A DNA stretch of 32,511 bases from Acidimicrobiia bacterium UBA4744 (GTDB lineage Bacteria > Actinomycetota > Acidimicrobiia > Spongiisociales > UBA4744), in assembly GCA_002403855.1 (NCBI GenBank), contig DHIO01000031.1, forward strand, positions 32,090 to 64,600. The letters are read 5' to 3'. Below the pieces are notes generated by a model. It was given only the letters and a program-made list of their open reading frames with translations, ran no database searches and was not told where the DNA came from. Below are positions 1-10,113 of the stretch, in pieces (position 1 is the first letter of the stretch; every line of letters begins with the position of its first letter). The position numbers and the translations under genes were made by a program.

Positions 1-417
1 TCACAGGCCGCCCGCAGAACCCTGACCCCACCACCCGTCCTCATGGAACTGCTCGCCGAGCATCTCCAGCGACAAGGGCTCACAACCAGAAATACGGCAT
101 CATTCGTGTTCGCCGGCTCGGACGGCGAACACCTCGACTACTCGAACTGGCTGCACCGGATCTGGTACCCGGCCCGGCAACAAGCCGGAGTTGAGTGGGC
201 ACAGTTCCACGACCTCCGCCGGGCCAACCCCACCGGACTCGTCCTCGAAGGCATCGACCTCAAGACGGCCCAGACCCGCCTCGGTCACACCGACCCCCGA
301 CTCACCCTCGGCATCTACGCCCAGGCCACCACCAAAGCCGACCGACAAGCCGCCGACCGCCTCGGCGACCGATTCCTCCCGAAACGGGACCATAAGAGCG
401 GAAGAGGCCTCATCTGA
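1..417 (+). CDS. Tyrosine recombinase/integrase, C-terminal catalytic part (5' truncated by window edge)
   Basis: Frame open from base 1 (SQAARRTL...). Contains HDLR (HxxR), LGH and TLGIYAQ with the catalytic Tyr. Ends about 80 bp from a tRNA 3' end. Confidence 0.9.
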   Translation, partial: SQAARRTLTPPPVLMELLAEHLQRQGLTTRNTASFVFAGSDGEHLDYSNWLHRIWYPARQQAGVEWAQFHDLRRANPTGLVLEGIDLKTAQTRLGHTDPRLTLGIYAQATTKADRQAADRLGDRFLPKRDHKSGRGLI

Positions 418-437
418 CGCGTGATGGACGCGCGATG
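416..437. repeat. 11-bp tandem direct repeat, candidate integrase arm-type sites
   Basis: GACGCGTGATG (416-426) and GACGCGCGATG (427-437), one mismatch, between the integrase stop and the tRNA. Confidence 0.55.
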
Positions 438-458
438 GAGACGACCTCCCAAACCAGA

Positions 459-478
459 GGCCGCCCCGGCGGGCGGCC
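459..478 (-). terminator. Hairpin downstream of tRNA-Pro
   Basis: GGCCGCCC-cggc-GGGCGGCC, perfect 8-bp stem 20 nt past the tRNA 3' end. No clear U-tract. Confidence 0.5.
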
Positions 479-498
479 CTGACCTGGTGGTTTCTGAG

Positions 499-572
499 TC
501 GGGACGGCCGGATTTGAACCGGCGACCTCAGCGTCCCGAACGCTGCGCGCTGCCAAACTGCGCCACGTCCCG
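499..572 (-). tRNA. tRNA-Pro (anticodon CGG)
   Basis: Folds as a cloverleaf: acceptor CGGGACG/CGTCCCG, D arm GCGC, anticodon arm CAGCG-TTCGGGA-CGCTG, T arm GCCGG-TTCAAAT-CCGGC, discriminator A. CCA not encoded. Confidence 0.97.
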
Positions 573-635
573 TAGCGCCGATATGTTACTCGTTCTCCGG
601 CTCGTTCGGCCACGTGCATCGTTTACGCTGGCGGG

Positions 636-917
636 GTGGAGTTGCACGAGCTGCAGGACCTGATGGACCGGCTGTACGGGCATCGCGACCGGGCCCGGGG
701 GGTACCGGCCAACATTGCCTGGCTGACCGAAGAGATCGGCGAACTCGCCCAGGCCCTCCGCAAAGGGGATCGGGACCAGCAACTCCAGGAATTCGGGGAT
801 GTGCTGGCCTGGACGGCCACCCTGGCCAACGTGGCGGGCGTGAGCCTCGAAGAGGCTTTGGGCCGCTATCGGACGGGCTGCCCGCGTTGTTCGGAGATTC
901 CCTGCAGCTGCCCGTGA
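636..917 (+). CDS. MazG-like nucleotide pyrophosphohydrolase with C-terminal Cys motif
   Basis: WLTEEIGELAQA...EFGDVLAW (EExxE...ExxD) motif and a C-terminal CPRC-x4-CSC. GTG start 6 nt after TACGCT. Confidence 0.85.
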   Translation: MELHELQDLMDRLYGHRDRARGVPANIAWLTEEIGELAQALRKGDRDQQLQEFGDVLAWTATLANVAGVSLEEALGRYRTGCPRCSEIPCSCP

Positions 918-956
918 CTTGGCATTTCAGCCGCCGTACGATACTGTCACCACTCC

Positions 957-1670
957 GTGTCATATTCGAATCGACGAATTGCCCTCGTGATCGTCTTGGC
1001 ACTGGCACTGTCGCTGGTGACCGCCTCACCGATCCTCGCCGACGAAGTCGGCGCCCAAGTCAACGGTTCCCGATCCGGCAGTCTCCCTGTAGTCGCAAGT
1101 GCTGATCAGGTGGCAGGAGCATCGGCTGCCGCCCAAGCCGCCGCCGGGAAGCTCTTCCACACCAACCTGTCCGGTCTGCTCGGCCCGTGCAGTTCCGTCG
1201 CCGAGGTAGTCGGCGCCGGTCCGAACGTGTCGTCGGTGTTTGCCGCGTTCCGACAGAGTCCCGACCACTGGTCCATCATCACCAACTCCGCTTGGACCGC
1301 CATGGGAACTGGACTGGCAGCCGGCGGGGATGGGAAGGTGTATGTGTCGGTAGTGTTTTGCGCCCAGGCCGGAGGCGCCGCGCCGGTGGCTCCCCGTCCG
1401 GCGTCGCCCGCATCATCCGACCGTGCGCCCGCTCCGGCCGACCCGGCGCCCGCCGGGGAAGCCCTAGTCAACGATCCCGACCCGGCAGACGTTCTGGACG
1501 AGGCGTTGCCCGCCGTCGGCGCCCGTCGCGGTGAGATCAGGGCCCGGCTGGACCAGGAGGCCGAATCGGCACTCCCCGACTGGTATGTCGGAGTTTGCGG
1601 AGACGATGATCGGGAACTGATGCTCGAGGGCGCCGATTCCGAGAGCGGGGACTGCCCCAAGACGACCTAG
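957..1670 (+). CDS. Secreted CAP/SCP-domain protein with Pro/Ala-rich linker
   Basis: Signal peptide; AEVVG...FRQSPDHWSIITNSAWTAMGTG matches the CAP SxxH motif. Confidence 0.75.
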   Translation: MSYSNRRIALVIVLALALSLVTASPILADEVGAQVNGSRSGSLPVVASADQVAGASAAAQAAAGKLFHTNLSGLLGPCSSVAEVVGAGPNVSSVFAAFRQSPDHWSIITNSAWTAMGTGLAAGGDGKVYVSVVFCAQAGGAAPVAPRPASPASSDRAPAPADPAPAGEALVNDPDPADVLDEALPAVGARRGEIRARLDQEAESALPDWYVGVCGDDDRELMLEGADSESGDCPKTT

Positions 1671-1675
1671 ACCTC

Positions 1676-1800
1676 CCCGAACTTGCGTGAGAAACATGCG
1701 GATAGCGCAGGAAAGTCACGCAAGAACAGCAGGGTTCGGGAGCCTTCCCGAACTTGCGTGAGAAACGTGCGAATAGCGCAGGAAACTCACGCAAGAACAG
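1676..1800. repeat. Two 54-bp palindromic direct repeats (REP-like), period 71 bp
   Basis: 1676-1729 and 1747-1800 differ at 3 positions. Each contains CTTGCGTGA...TCACGCAAG inverted arms. Located between convergent genes. Confidence 0.9.
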
Positions 1801-1813
1801 GTTGAGGGGGCGG

Positions 1814-2827
1814 CTAGACGAGCAGCTCGGCGATCTGCACCGCGTTGAGAGCAGCACCTTTTCTCAGGTTGTCACCCACTGCCCAGAGGTTGATGCCACC
1901 GGGAGTGCCCACGGTCTCGCGGATGCGGCCGACCAGCACGTCGTCGATGCCGGCCGAGTCGAGGGGGGTCGGCACCTTGTCGGTCCACACGGCCACCCCG
2001 TCGGCGTCACCGAGTAGCTCCTCGGCTTCCCCGGCCGAGACCGGGCGGTCGAACCAGAGACTGGTGGCGATGCCGTGGCCCACCATCACGGGAACTCTCA
2101 CGCACGTGGGCTCTACTCTCAGATCCGGGATGTCGAGTATCTTCCGACTCTCGTTGACGAGCTTCCACTCCTCGTCGGTGTATCCCTCGCTCTGCAGGCT
2201 GCCGGCAAAAGGAACCACATTCCAGGCGATCGGACGCGGGTACACCTCGCCGACGGGATCTTGCCAACCACCCGTCGCCAGGGCGTCGAGATCCGAGCCC
2301 AGTTCACCAACCTGCCTCGTCAACTCGTCCATCCCTTTCTTGCCCGACCCCGACACGGACTGGTACGAGGTGGCGATCATCGACCGCAGGCCGGCCGCCT
2401 GATGGAGAGGGGCGACCGCCATCAACAGGTCCATCGTCGTGCAATTCGGGTTGGCGATGATTCCCTTGTGCTCCGCAACGGCCGCGTCGTTCACCCCGGC
2501 TACCACCAGCGGAACGTCGGGTTGCATCCGGAACGCAGACGAGTTGTCGATCACCACTGCCCCGGCAGCCGCGAACCGGGGGCCGTACCGACGCGACCGG
2601 TCGCCCCCCGCCGAGAACAAAGCGATGTCAATGCCGGACGGGTCGGCGGTGGTGAGATCCTCGACTTCGACCGTTCCCCAGCGTGTGTCGACCTTGGAAC
2701 CGGTGGACCGCGACGAGGCCAGCAATCGCAGCTCCGCCACCGGGAAGGCCCGTTCCTCGAGGATAGAGATCATGGCCCGGCCCACCGCCCCGGTCGCGCC
2801 GACAACGGCGGTTCGTTTGGAGCTCAT
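1814..2827 (-). CDS. asd: Aspartate-semialdehyde dehydrogenase
   Basis: [24 protein letters not shown] catalytic Cys, [22 protein letters not shown]. Confidence 0.97.
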   Translation of the reverse strand: MSSKRTAVVGATGAVGRAMISILEERAFPVAELRLLASSRSTGSKVDTRWGTVEVEDLTTADPSGIDIALFSAGGDRSRRYGPRFAAAGAVVIDNSSAFRMQPDVPLVVAGVNDAAVAEHKGIIANPNCTTMDLLMAVAPLHQAAGLRSMIATSYQSVSGSGKKGMDELTRQVGELGSDLDALATGGWQDPVGEVYPRPIAWNVVPFAGSLQSEGYTDEEWKLVNESRKILDIPDLRVEPTCVRVPVMVGHGIATSLWFDRPVSAGEAEELLGDADGVAVWTDKVPTPLDSAGIDDVLVGRIRETVGTPGGINLWAVGDNLRKGAALNAVQIAELLV

Positions 2828-4050
2828 AGGTCCCCCACCATGGTCGGGGGTTCAAACGCGGCGTGTAAAGCACGCACAGCATCCTCTATCTGATGTTGGC
2901 TGACCACGCAGGAGATGCGGATACTGGACGTGGAGATCATCTCGATGTTGATCCGGTTCTCCGACAAGACCCGGAACATCTTGGCCGCCACCCCCGGATG
3001 GGATTTCATCCCGGCGCCGACCACCGACACTCTCGCCACTTTCTCGTCGACATCGACGCCGGCGGCATCGATCTCCGGTATCACCTTCTCGGCCACTTTG
3101 ATCGCGGCGGCAGCGTGCTCATTGGGAACGGTGAAGCTGATGTCCGTAGTTCCATCTTCCGAGACGTTCTGGACGATCATGTCGACGTTGACCTTTTGCT
3201 CGGCCAGCGGCTCGAACAGGGCCGCAGCAACGCCGGGCCGGTCGGGCACGCCGCGCACCGTCACCTTTGCTTCCGACGTGTCGTGCGAGATTCCGCTGAT
3301 GATCGCCTGTTCCATGGTTGTCTCCTTAACCCAGGTGCCGGGACCGTCGTGGAACGACGAACGCACGTGGAGGGGAATGTTGAAGTTTCGGCCGAATTCA
3401 ACCGAGCGGAGCATGAGAACCCTGGCTCCGGTCGACGCCAGTTCCAGCATCTCCTCGAACGACACCTCATCGAGTTTGCGGGCGTTGGGGACGATACGCG
3501 GATCTGACGTGAAGACGCCGTCCACGTCGGTGTAGATCTCGCACACGTCGGCGCCGTTGGCGGCCGCCAGCGCCACCGCCGTCGCGTCAGAGCCGCCCCG
3601 GCCCAGGGTCGTGACGTCTTTCGACTGCGGGTCGACGCCCTGGAATCCGGCCACGATCACGACTTTGCCGTCCTTGAGGCTCTCCTCCACCCGAAAACTG
3701 CGAATCTCCTGGATCTTGGCCTGACCGTGACTCGAATCGGTGAGGATGCCGGCCTGAGAGCCGGTGAAGCTGACCGCCTCGACCCCTTCTTCGTGGATGG
3801 CGATTGCCAGCAAAGCCATGGCGATGCGCTCACCGGCCGTGAGCAGCATATCCATCTCCCGGCCGGGAGGAGACGGGCTCACCGCACGGGCCAGATCAAT
3901 CAACTGATCGGTGGTTCCGCCCATTGCCGATACGACGACGATGACGTCGTGGCCGGCCCGATGAGTCGCAGCTACCCGCGCCGCAACCCGCTTGATCCGG
4001 TCGGCATCGGCTACCGACGTGCCGCCGTACTTCTGGACTATCAACGACAT
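2824..4050 (-). CDS. lysC: Aspartate kinase
   Basis: [13 protein letters not shown] start (ATG at 4050), [15 protein letters not shown], two ACT domains. ATGA overlap with asd. Confidence 0.97.
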   Translation of the reverse strand: MSLIVQKYGGTSVADADRIKRVAARVAATHRAGHDVIVVVSAMGGTTDQLIDLARAVSPSPPGREMDMLLTAGERIAMALLAIAIHEEGVEAVSFTGSQAGILTDSSHGQAKIQEIRSFRVEESLKDGKVVIVAGFQGVDPQSKDVTTLGRGGSDATAVALAAANGADVCEIYTDVDGVFTSDPRIVPNARKLDEVSFEEMLELASTGARVLMLRSVEFGRNFNIPLHVRSSFHDGPGTWVKETTMEQAIISGISHDTSEAKVTVRGVPDRPGVAAALFEPLAEQKVNVDMIVQNVSEDGTTDISFTVPNEHAAAAIKVAEKVIPEIDAAGVDVDEKVARVSVVGAGMKSHPGVAAKMFRVLSENRINIEMISTSSIRISCVVSQHQIEDAVRALHAAFEPPTMVGDL

Positions 4051-4126
4051 AGCGCCGGGAGTGTACCGCGAGAGGGTCGCCACCTTGCCGATCCTCGCCG
4101 AGAGGATGCCTATAGTCCTTTCCGCC

Positions 4127-4978
4127 ATGCCCACCAACAAGCGCGAACGCCAGCGTGAAAACCGCGCCAAGAAGCTCGAAGAACAGAAGAAACAGGAGCG
4201 GATGCAGAAGCTGCGTAAGCGGGCCACTCAGTTCGCCGTGATCGTGGCCATCCTCGCCGCAGCCCTGGTCCTTCCGACCATCCTCAGTGACGGCGACGAC
4301 TCGACGACCACCTCCACCACAACCGCCGAAGCCACCTCCGTATCGACTACCTCCGTACCTCAGGTTCGTCCGGTCGACTACGAGGGTTATCGTGCCCAAC
4401 CGACCGCCTGCGGAGCGGAAGCGCCGCCGCCGGTGACCGAGATGACCTTCGCGGCGCCGGTAGACCAGGAGATTGCGCCCGACGCCACAGTGGCCGCCAC
4501 GATTGCCACTTCATGCGGCGAAATCTTTGCCGAACTCGATCCGTCCATTGCCCCGGAGACCGTCAACTCTTTCGTGTTCCTGGCCCGGGAGGGCTACTTC
4601 GACGGATCTGTCTTTCACCGCATCGTCCCCGACTTCGTCATCCAAGGAGGAGACCCGACGGCGGTCGGCAACGGCGGGCCCGGCTATTTCGTCCCCGACG
4701 AGTTCCCCGAGGCCGGCTTCGTCTACGAGCGGGGGGTCCTGGCGATGGCCAACAGCGGCGTCAACTCGACCGGCAGCCAGTTCTTCGTCGTTACCGGCGA
4801 CGACGCCGGCCTGCAGAATACGTTCTCGGTTTTCGGCAACGTCGTGGACTCCGACGCCACCCTCGATCGGATCACCTCCGTCGAGCTGGTTGGCCGCGAC
4901 GGTACGGCCCTCACCGAACAGAGCCTGCCCCTCGAAACGGTGTATGTCGAGAGTGTGTCGATCGAAGTTGACGGCTAG
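4127..4978 (+). CDS. Membrane-anchored cyclophilin-type peptidyl-prolyl isomerase
   Basis: [10 protein letters not shown] basic N-terminus, TM helix, Thr-rich linker, [21 protein letters not shown]...GSQFF. Confidence 0.93.
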   Translation: MPTNKRERQRENRAKKLEEQKKQERMQKLRKRATQFAVIVAILAAALVLPTILSDGDDSTTTSTTTAEATSVSTTSVPQVRPVDYEGYRAQPTACGAEAPPPVTEMTFAAPVDQEIAPDATVAATIATSCGEIFAELDPSIAPETVNSFVFLAREGYFDGSVFHRIVPDFVIQGGDPTAVGNGGPGYFVPDEFPEAGFVYERGVLAMANSGVNSTGSQFFVVTGDDAGLQNTFSVFGNVVDSDATLDRITSVELVGRDGTALTEQSLPLETVYVESVSIEVDG

Positions 4979-5102
4979 CCGGGGCCCAGTAGGGCCAACC
5001 GCCAAGTCGCAAGCTACGAGCCAGAGGCATCCTTTGACGTCGGGTGCCTGATGCCCGGCGGCTCCCTCAGGACCAGTCCGCCGCGGTTACCCTCTTCACG
5101 CA

Positions 5103-5963
5103 ATGGCCGTTGATCTCCACACTCACAGCAATCGCTCCGACGGATCCGACGAACCGGCCGAACTGGTCCGCAAGGCAGTCGCCAAGAACCTGTCCGCCGT
5201 GGCGCTCACAGACCACGACACGCTGGAAGGAATCGACGAGGCGCAACAAGCAGCAAACGAACTCCCGATCGAGTTGGTCCCTGGGGTCGAGATCTCCTGC
5301 GAATGGGCCCCAGGGGCAATGCACCTCGTGGTGCTCTTTCTCGAACCGGAGGAAGGGCCATTGCAGGACCGCCTCCAGGAGTTGCAGACCAGCCGTTCCC
5401 AACGGAACTACCGGATCGCCGATCGGCTGCGCCGTTTGGGGATCGACATCACTATGGAAGAGGTGATCGCAGAGTCGCGAGTCGGGGTGGTAGGACGGCC
5501 CCACTTCGCGGCGATTCTCGTCCGAAAAGGCGTGGTGGCCGACATCCCGACCGCCTTTCAGGATTACCTCGGGAACCAGGCTCCTGCCTACGTGCCCCGG
5601 CTCCGTCTCGAGCCCGAGGAAGCGATCAGCCTGGCCCGCGCCTCGGGCGCAGTGCCGATCCTTTCCCACCCTCACACGCTCGGTCATACCGCAGCAGATG
5701 AGTATGCGGCCACCTACCGTCGATTGACCACCGCCGGATTGGTGGGGATCGATGCCTACTACGGCGACTACGCCCCCGAGGAGCGGGAAGAGCTGGCTGC
5801 CATTGCCCGATCGTTCGGGCTGATCCCGTCGGGAGGAAGCGACTACCACGGCTCCTACAAGGAGGGCCTGGAACTGGGATCGGGCCGGGGAGATCTGGTG
5901 GTTCCCGATTCGGTGCTCGAGGAGCTGCGGCAGGCCCGCCTCAACCCGGCCGATCCGGGATGA
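5103..5963 (+). CDS. PHP-domain phosphoesterase (YciV/TrpH-like)
   Basis: DLHTHSNRSDG, ALTDHDT, GVEIS, GRPHFA, SGGSDYHG. Confidence 0.92.
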   Translation: MAVDLHTHSNRSDGSDEPAELVRKAVAKNLSAVALTDHDTLEGIDEAQQAANELPIELVPGVEISCEWAPGAMHLVVLFLEPEEGPLQDRLQELQTSRSQRNYRIADRLRRLGIDITMEEVIAESRVGVVGRPHFAAILVRKGVVADIPTAFQDYLGNQAPAYVPRLRLEPEEAISLARASGAVPILSHPHTLGHTAADEYAATYRRLTTAGLVGIDAYYGDYAPEEREELAAIARSFGLIPSGGSDYHGSYKEGLELGSGRGDLVVPDSVLEELRQARLNPADPG

Positions 5964-7534
5964 GCAATCCGAACGACGACCCGGGCAGTCCCACCGGCCG
6001 AATCGGCAAAGCTGCGCTGGTCGTGTCTGCCGGGATTCTGCTCTCCCGGGTCCTGGGCATGCTCCGCAACGTTGCGCTGGCAGGCCTCCTGGGTAACACC
6101 GCCGAGGGAGACGCGTTTCAGGCTGCCTTCGTCATCCCCGATGTTCTCTTCTACCTGATGGCCGGTGGCTACCTCACCGTGACCTTCATCCCGATCCTGA
6201 CCCGCTACCTCGTGCGGGGCGAGGAAGAGGAGGGCCATCGGGCCTTCGCTGCTGTCTTTCGCCCGGTGGCGATCGTCATGTTCGTGCTCACCGTCCTGGC
6301 CATGGTCTTCGCCGGATCGTTGACCGATCTCGTATACCCCCGGTTCGACCCTCAGCAGGCCGAAGAGGTCGCCCGGCTCACCCGCATCGTGCTCCCGGCC
6401 CAGATCTTCTTCGTGCTCGGTTCGCTGTGGATGGCCGTTCAGTACGCCCACCAGCGGTTCGCCATCCCGGCGGTGGCGCCGGTCGTCTACAACCTCGGTA
6501 TCATCGCCGGCGGGCTCCTCTCCTGGGCGACCGGAACGGCCTCGGCGGCCGGTTTTGCCTGGGGCGCGGTCGGCGGCGCTTTCGCCGGCAACTTCGCCCT
6601 CCAGTGGTACGGGGCGCGCCGGGCCGGACTCCGGTGGGTGAGCGGAGTACCCTTGCGCCATCCCGCACTCCGGGAGTATCTGGCGCTGGCTCTTCCTCTG
6701 ATGCTCGGGCAGTCCATCGCCGTTCTGGACGAGCAGTTCGTGCGGCTGTTCGGGCAACTGACGGAAGAGGGAGGCATTTCCGCCCTCACCTATGCTCGCC
6801 GATTGAACATGCTTCCGGTCGGAGTCATCGCCCAGACGGCCGGGGTAGCCGCCTATCCGTTCCTGGCGCGGCTGGTGGAAGAAGGAAAGCTGCGGGAGAT
6901 GGCCGCCACCGTGACCAGGACCGTCCGGTACACCATCTTCATCAGTGCCCCGGCGGTTGCCGCCATCCTGGCCTTGTCGCAACCGGCCGTCCGGGTGGTT
7001 TACGAACGGGGCGAGTTCGGACAACAGGACACGCTCCTCACGGCCGCTGCCCTGGTGTTCTACGGGCTTTCGATACCCGCCTGGGGGGCTCACCAGATCT
7101 ACGCCCGAGCCTTCTACGCCCGCCGCCAGATGTGGACCCCGGTCATCATCGGCACCGCCGGGACGGCAGCGGCGGTGGGCGTGTACTGGTGGCTGAGCCG
7201 CTACGACGAACCCGGCTTCGCTCTGGCGAGCACCTTGGTGATAAGCCTGTACACGTTTGCTCTGGCGGCCACCTGGCACGCCCGAATGGGCCGCGAAGGC
7301 GTCTCGAGGATTCTCAGCTCTCTGGTGCGTAGTGCACTGGGGGCCGCGGTCGCCGGTTCGGTCGGTTGGTTGGTTGTGCAATGGATCTCCGGCGACGACC
7401 TGCCCAACTTCTGGGGTTCATTCGGTCTGCTCGCCGTCGGAGTAGGCGTCGTCCTAGGGGTATACGCCGCAACCACTCGATTGTTGGGTTCGCCGGAGCT
7501 TCGAGACCTCCAACACCGGTTCGGTTCAAGCTGA
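5960..7534 (+). CDS. murJ: Lipid II flippase MurJ (MviN)
   Basis: SRVLGMLR...DAFQAAFVIPD, multiple TM segments, YARRL..LP.G, ERGEF, RAFYA. ATGA overlap with the PHP gene. Confidence 0.9.
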   Translation: MSNPNDDPGSPTGRIGKAALVVSAGILLSRVLGMLRNVALAGLLGNTAEGDAFQAAFVIPDVLFYLMAGGYLTVTFIPILTRYLVRGEEEEGHRAFAAVFRPVAIVMFVLTVLAMVFAGSLTDLVYPRFDPQQAEEVARLTRIVLPAQIFFVLGSLWMAVQYAHQRFAIPAVAPVVYNLGIIAGGLLSWATGTASAAGFAWGAVGGAFAGNFALQWYGARRAGLRWVSGVPLRHPALREYLALALPLMLGQSIAVLDEQFVRLFGQLTEEGGISALTYARRLNMLPVGVIAQTAGVAAYPFLARLVEEGKLREMAATVTRTVRYTIFISAPAVAAILALSQPAVRVVYERGEFGQQDTLLTAAALVFYGLSIPAWGAHQIYARAFYARRQMWTPVIIGTAGTAAAVGVYWWLSRYDEPGFALASTLVISLYTFALAATWHARMGREGVSRILSSLVRSALGAAVAGSVGWLVVQWISGDDLPNFWGSFGLLAVGVGVVLGVYAATTRLLGSPELRDLQHRFGSS

Positions 7535-8938
7535 GATCTTCTCCGATGCCAGGTTGCCGACACCGGCCCGCTGCATGTCCCCCCAGGCCTTCCGGCGGGG
7601 ATTCCAGAACATCGCCCTGACCCGCCACCACACGGTCCGCTGCCGCATACCGAGCTGCTCGCCGACCGAATACACCAACAACTTGGCGGCATCACCAGGT
7701 GCGTTGTAGTAGCCGAATCGTTCATCCAGAAAGAGCCCGATCAGCGAGTTTGCGGCGCCGAGCACCAGCGAAATCAGAAACAGAGGCAGAGCTATCTCCC
7801 AGTTGAGGAACCCGAGCACTAGAGAAGCGGGCACCACGAACCAACCGACGAATTCGAGGATCGGTGCCACGAATTCGAAGGCTACGAAGGATGGCCAACC
7901 GAGCAGACCAACCATCCCGTAGCGGGGATTGCCCAGCATTCCCTTGTACTGCCAGATGACCTGCATGAGACCCCGGTGCCAGCGCATTCGTTGCCTGCGC
8001 AGCACCCTCCGGGACAGAGGAACCTCGGTCCAGGCGACCGCGTCGGGCGCATAGACGATGCGGTACGGAATGCGCTTCTTGCTGTAGTGACGGTGGAGCC
8101 GCATTGTCAGTTCCATGTCTTCACCCAGGTGTCCGTGCCGAAACCCACCCACTTCGATGAGCGCCCGTTTCTGGAAGATCCCGAAGGCCCCCGAGATGAT
8201 CAGCAACGACCCCAGGGCCGACCACCCGGGCCGGCCCGACAGGAAGCTGCGTATGTACTCGACCACCTGGGCGAGCTCGACCGGCCGGCGAGGAAGCGAG
8301 ACGTTGGTGACCCGCCCGCGGCGGACCTCACATCCGTTGAGCGGGCGGACGTTGCCCCCGACTGCAATGGTCCTTGACCGGTCCTCGACGAAGTGTCTCA
8401 CCGCCCGCAACAGGCATTCGTCGTCGAGCACCATGTCGGCATCTGTGGCCATCACGTACGGGTAGCGGGCGATGTTGATACCTGCATTGATGGCATCACC
8501 CTTGCCGCCGTTGTCTTTGTCGACGAGGACGATGGGCAGGGGAAGTCGGGATTTGTACACGCGGTGGATGACCTGGGTTTGGAGGCTGGGCCGGAAAGGA
8601 ACGTCGATTGGTTCCATCCGAAACTCGTCGATCATGCGTTTCACGGTTTCGTCGGAACTTCCGTCGTTGACGACGATGATCTCCTTGCTGGTGTACTTCA
8701 ACATCGCCATCGACCGGACCGATTCCGTGATGCCGGCGGATTCGTTGTAGGCGGGGATGATGATCGAAACGGGAGGTGTCGTGTCGGAGGTCAGCATGTC
8801 GTGGAGCCGTCCATGCATCGACGTGAACTGGTCGCGCCGGAGCGCGAAGAACGACACCGAGGCGATCAACAACAGTTGGAGTTCCATCACGACGAAGTAG
8901 ATCAGGATTCCGTAGTTGAACAGTTCGATGAAGCTCAT
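7526..8938 (-). CDS. Processive GT2 glycosyltransferase (IcaA/PgaC-like synthase fold)
   Basis: IIPAYNE, VNDGSSD, NGGKGDAIN, DAD, GED, QRMRW (D,D,D,QxxRW); N- and C-terminal TM helices. Confidence 0.92.
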   Translation of the reverse strand: MSFIELFNYGILIYFVVMELQLLLIASVSFFALRRDQFTSMHGRLHDMLTSDTTPPVSIIIPAYNESAGITESVRSMAMLKYTSKEIIVVNDGSSDETVKRMIDEFRMEPIDVPFRPSLQTQVIHRVYKSRLPLPIVLVDKDNGGKGDAINAGINIARYPYVMATDADMVLDDECLLRAVRHFVEDRSRTIAVGGNVRPLNGCEVRRGRVTNVSLPRRPVELAQVVEYIRSFLSGRPGWSALGSLLIISGAFGIFQKRALIEVGGFRHGHLGEDMELTMRLHRHYSKKRIPYRIVYAPDAVAWTEVPLSRRVLRRQRMRWHRGLMQVIWQYKGMLGNPRYGMVGLLGWPSFVAFEFVAPILEFVGWFVVPASLVLGFLNWEIALPLFLISLVLGAANSLIGLFLDERFGYYNAPGDAAKLLVYSVGEQLGMRQRTVWWRVRAMFWNPRRKAWGDMQRAGVGNLASEKISA

Positions 8939-10113
8939 CCGGCCACCTTTTCATTCGCTTCCTTGTCGTACAGGAATTCACCCTTGCCCAATACGACCAG
9001 CTGGCGCACCACATATCGATCCTGCTCCCCGGCGGAACCTCCCTTGGCTGCCTCAACCGCCTTGCGGACCGTTCCCATCGCCATGAGCCGCTCGATCGCA
9101 GCATCCCGAGCGAACCGGTCCTCATCCTCCAGAGTTTCGACCAGCGCATCGACGCCACCCGGTATCTCGGACAGCGCCTGGGCGCTGTTCTGGCGAACCC
9201 ACCAGTTCTGGTCACGCATTGCTCGCTGGAGAGGCACGATGGCCCGCCCGTCCATCTGGCGCCCGAGGGCGGCGGCCGCCTGGGCCCGAACCTCCCACTC
9301 GGAGTCACGGAGCGCCCGGATCAGGGCCGGAACACAGGTCAGAGAACCGACCGTGCCCAAGGAGGCGGCGGCCCGGATGCGCAGCTCTGCGTCATCCGAC
9401 TCCAAGGCCGACAACATGGCCGGCTCGGCACGAACGTCACCGATGATCCCGAGAACGCGGGCCACCAGGGGCAGGTGTGCCGTCCTGGACGCCAGGGAGG
9501 GGTCGCTGAGGAGCGCGTAGCGGGCCAGATCGGGAACGGCAGTCGAACCGAATGCCACCAGAGTGTCGGCAACGCGATTGGCTCCCCAGTCGGCTTCCCG
9601 CTGCAACATCTCCAGCAGGGGACGCACGGCCCGAGGGTCCCCGATCTTCGCCAGGGCTCCGGCCGCCTGCCACCGGACCTCATCGACAGGATCCCGGAGA
9701 GCCTCCAGCAACGCATCAGAAGAAGCCGGGTCGGCGAACTCTGCAAGCGCTTCGACCGCATCCACTCGACGGTTGCGACGCTTGGAGGTCTGCAACTCGG
9801 TGACGAATCGTTCGACAATGCCCAGTTCCCTGGCCAGCCGGAGCAGGTTCTGGCGTTCGCCACCCTGCAGGAACTTGAGAAACTCGAGCAACGTCTCGAG
9901 AAACACACCGTCCGGCGACCAGCGGCGCAGCATCTCGAGGGGATACCCGGACCGAGTGGCCATCTCGCTGAGCGCTCCGATGTACGACGCGCGCCGGAAC
10001 TCGTCGAACCGCTCCCGGCGATGTCGAAAGAGCTTGTAGACAAAAAGGCTGAGCCCGGCAATAGCCGTGACACCGCCGAGGATCGCCAGGAGAGGCAGAA
10101 TCAGCGTACTCAC
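8935..10113 (-). CDS. Membrane-anchored HEAT (PBS-lyase-like) repeat protein
   Basis: N-terminal TM; repeated L.D....VR..AA.ALG units. Start taken as GTG 10113; ATGA overlap with the GT2 gene. Confidence 0.88.
   Translation of the reverse strand: MSTLILPLLAILGGVTAIAGLSLFVYKLFRHRRERFDEFRRASYIGALSEMATRSGYPLEMLRRWSPDGVFLETLLEFLKFLQGGERQNLLRLARELGIVERFVTELQTSKRRNRRVDAVEALAEFADPASSDALLEALRDPVDEVRWQAAGALAKIGDPRAVRPLLEMLQREADWGANRVADTLVAFGSTAVPDLARYALLSDPSLASRTAHLPLVARVLGIIGDVRAEPAMLSALESDDAELRIRAAASLGTVGSLTCVPALIRALRDSEWEVRAQAAAALGRQMDGRAIVPLQRAMRDQNWWVRQNSAQALSEIPGGVDALVETLEDEDRFARDAAIERLMAMGTVRKAVEAAKGGSAGEQDRYVVRQLVVLGKGEFLYDKEANEKVAG

Larger units (their letters stand above)
1..498. mobile_element. 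Boundary of a putative integrative element inserted at tRNA-Pro
   Basis: Integrase converging on the tRNA 3' end is the usual layout at an att junction. The partner att site is outside the window. Confidence 0.6.

Noticed and set aside
1676-1800. Possible mini-CRISPR array
   Set aside because: Only two units, 54-bp repeat with a 17-bp spacer, and no cas genes in the window.
4051-4227. N-terminal extensions of the aspartate kinase and cyclophilin ORFs in the ORF track
   Set aside because: The extensions overlap each other; conserved starts at 4050 (-) and 4127 (+) leave a divergent promoter gap with TACACT and TATAGT boxes.
5855-7381. Long antisense ORF (508 aa) and similar shadow ORFs elsewhere (e.g. 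24137-25684, 8393-9520)
   Set aside because: They overlap well-supported genes, have no recognisable motifs and are expected in high-GC DNA.
5960-8938. MurJ-like flippase as exporter for the adjacent GT2 product
   Set aside because: The genes are convergent, processive GT2 synthases translocate their own polymer, and the flippase looks like ordinary MurJ.
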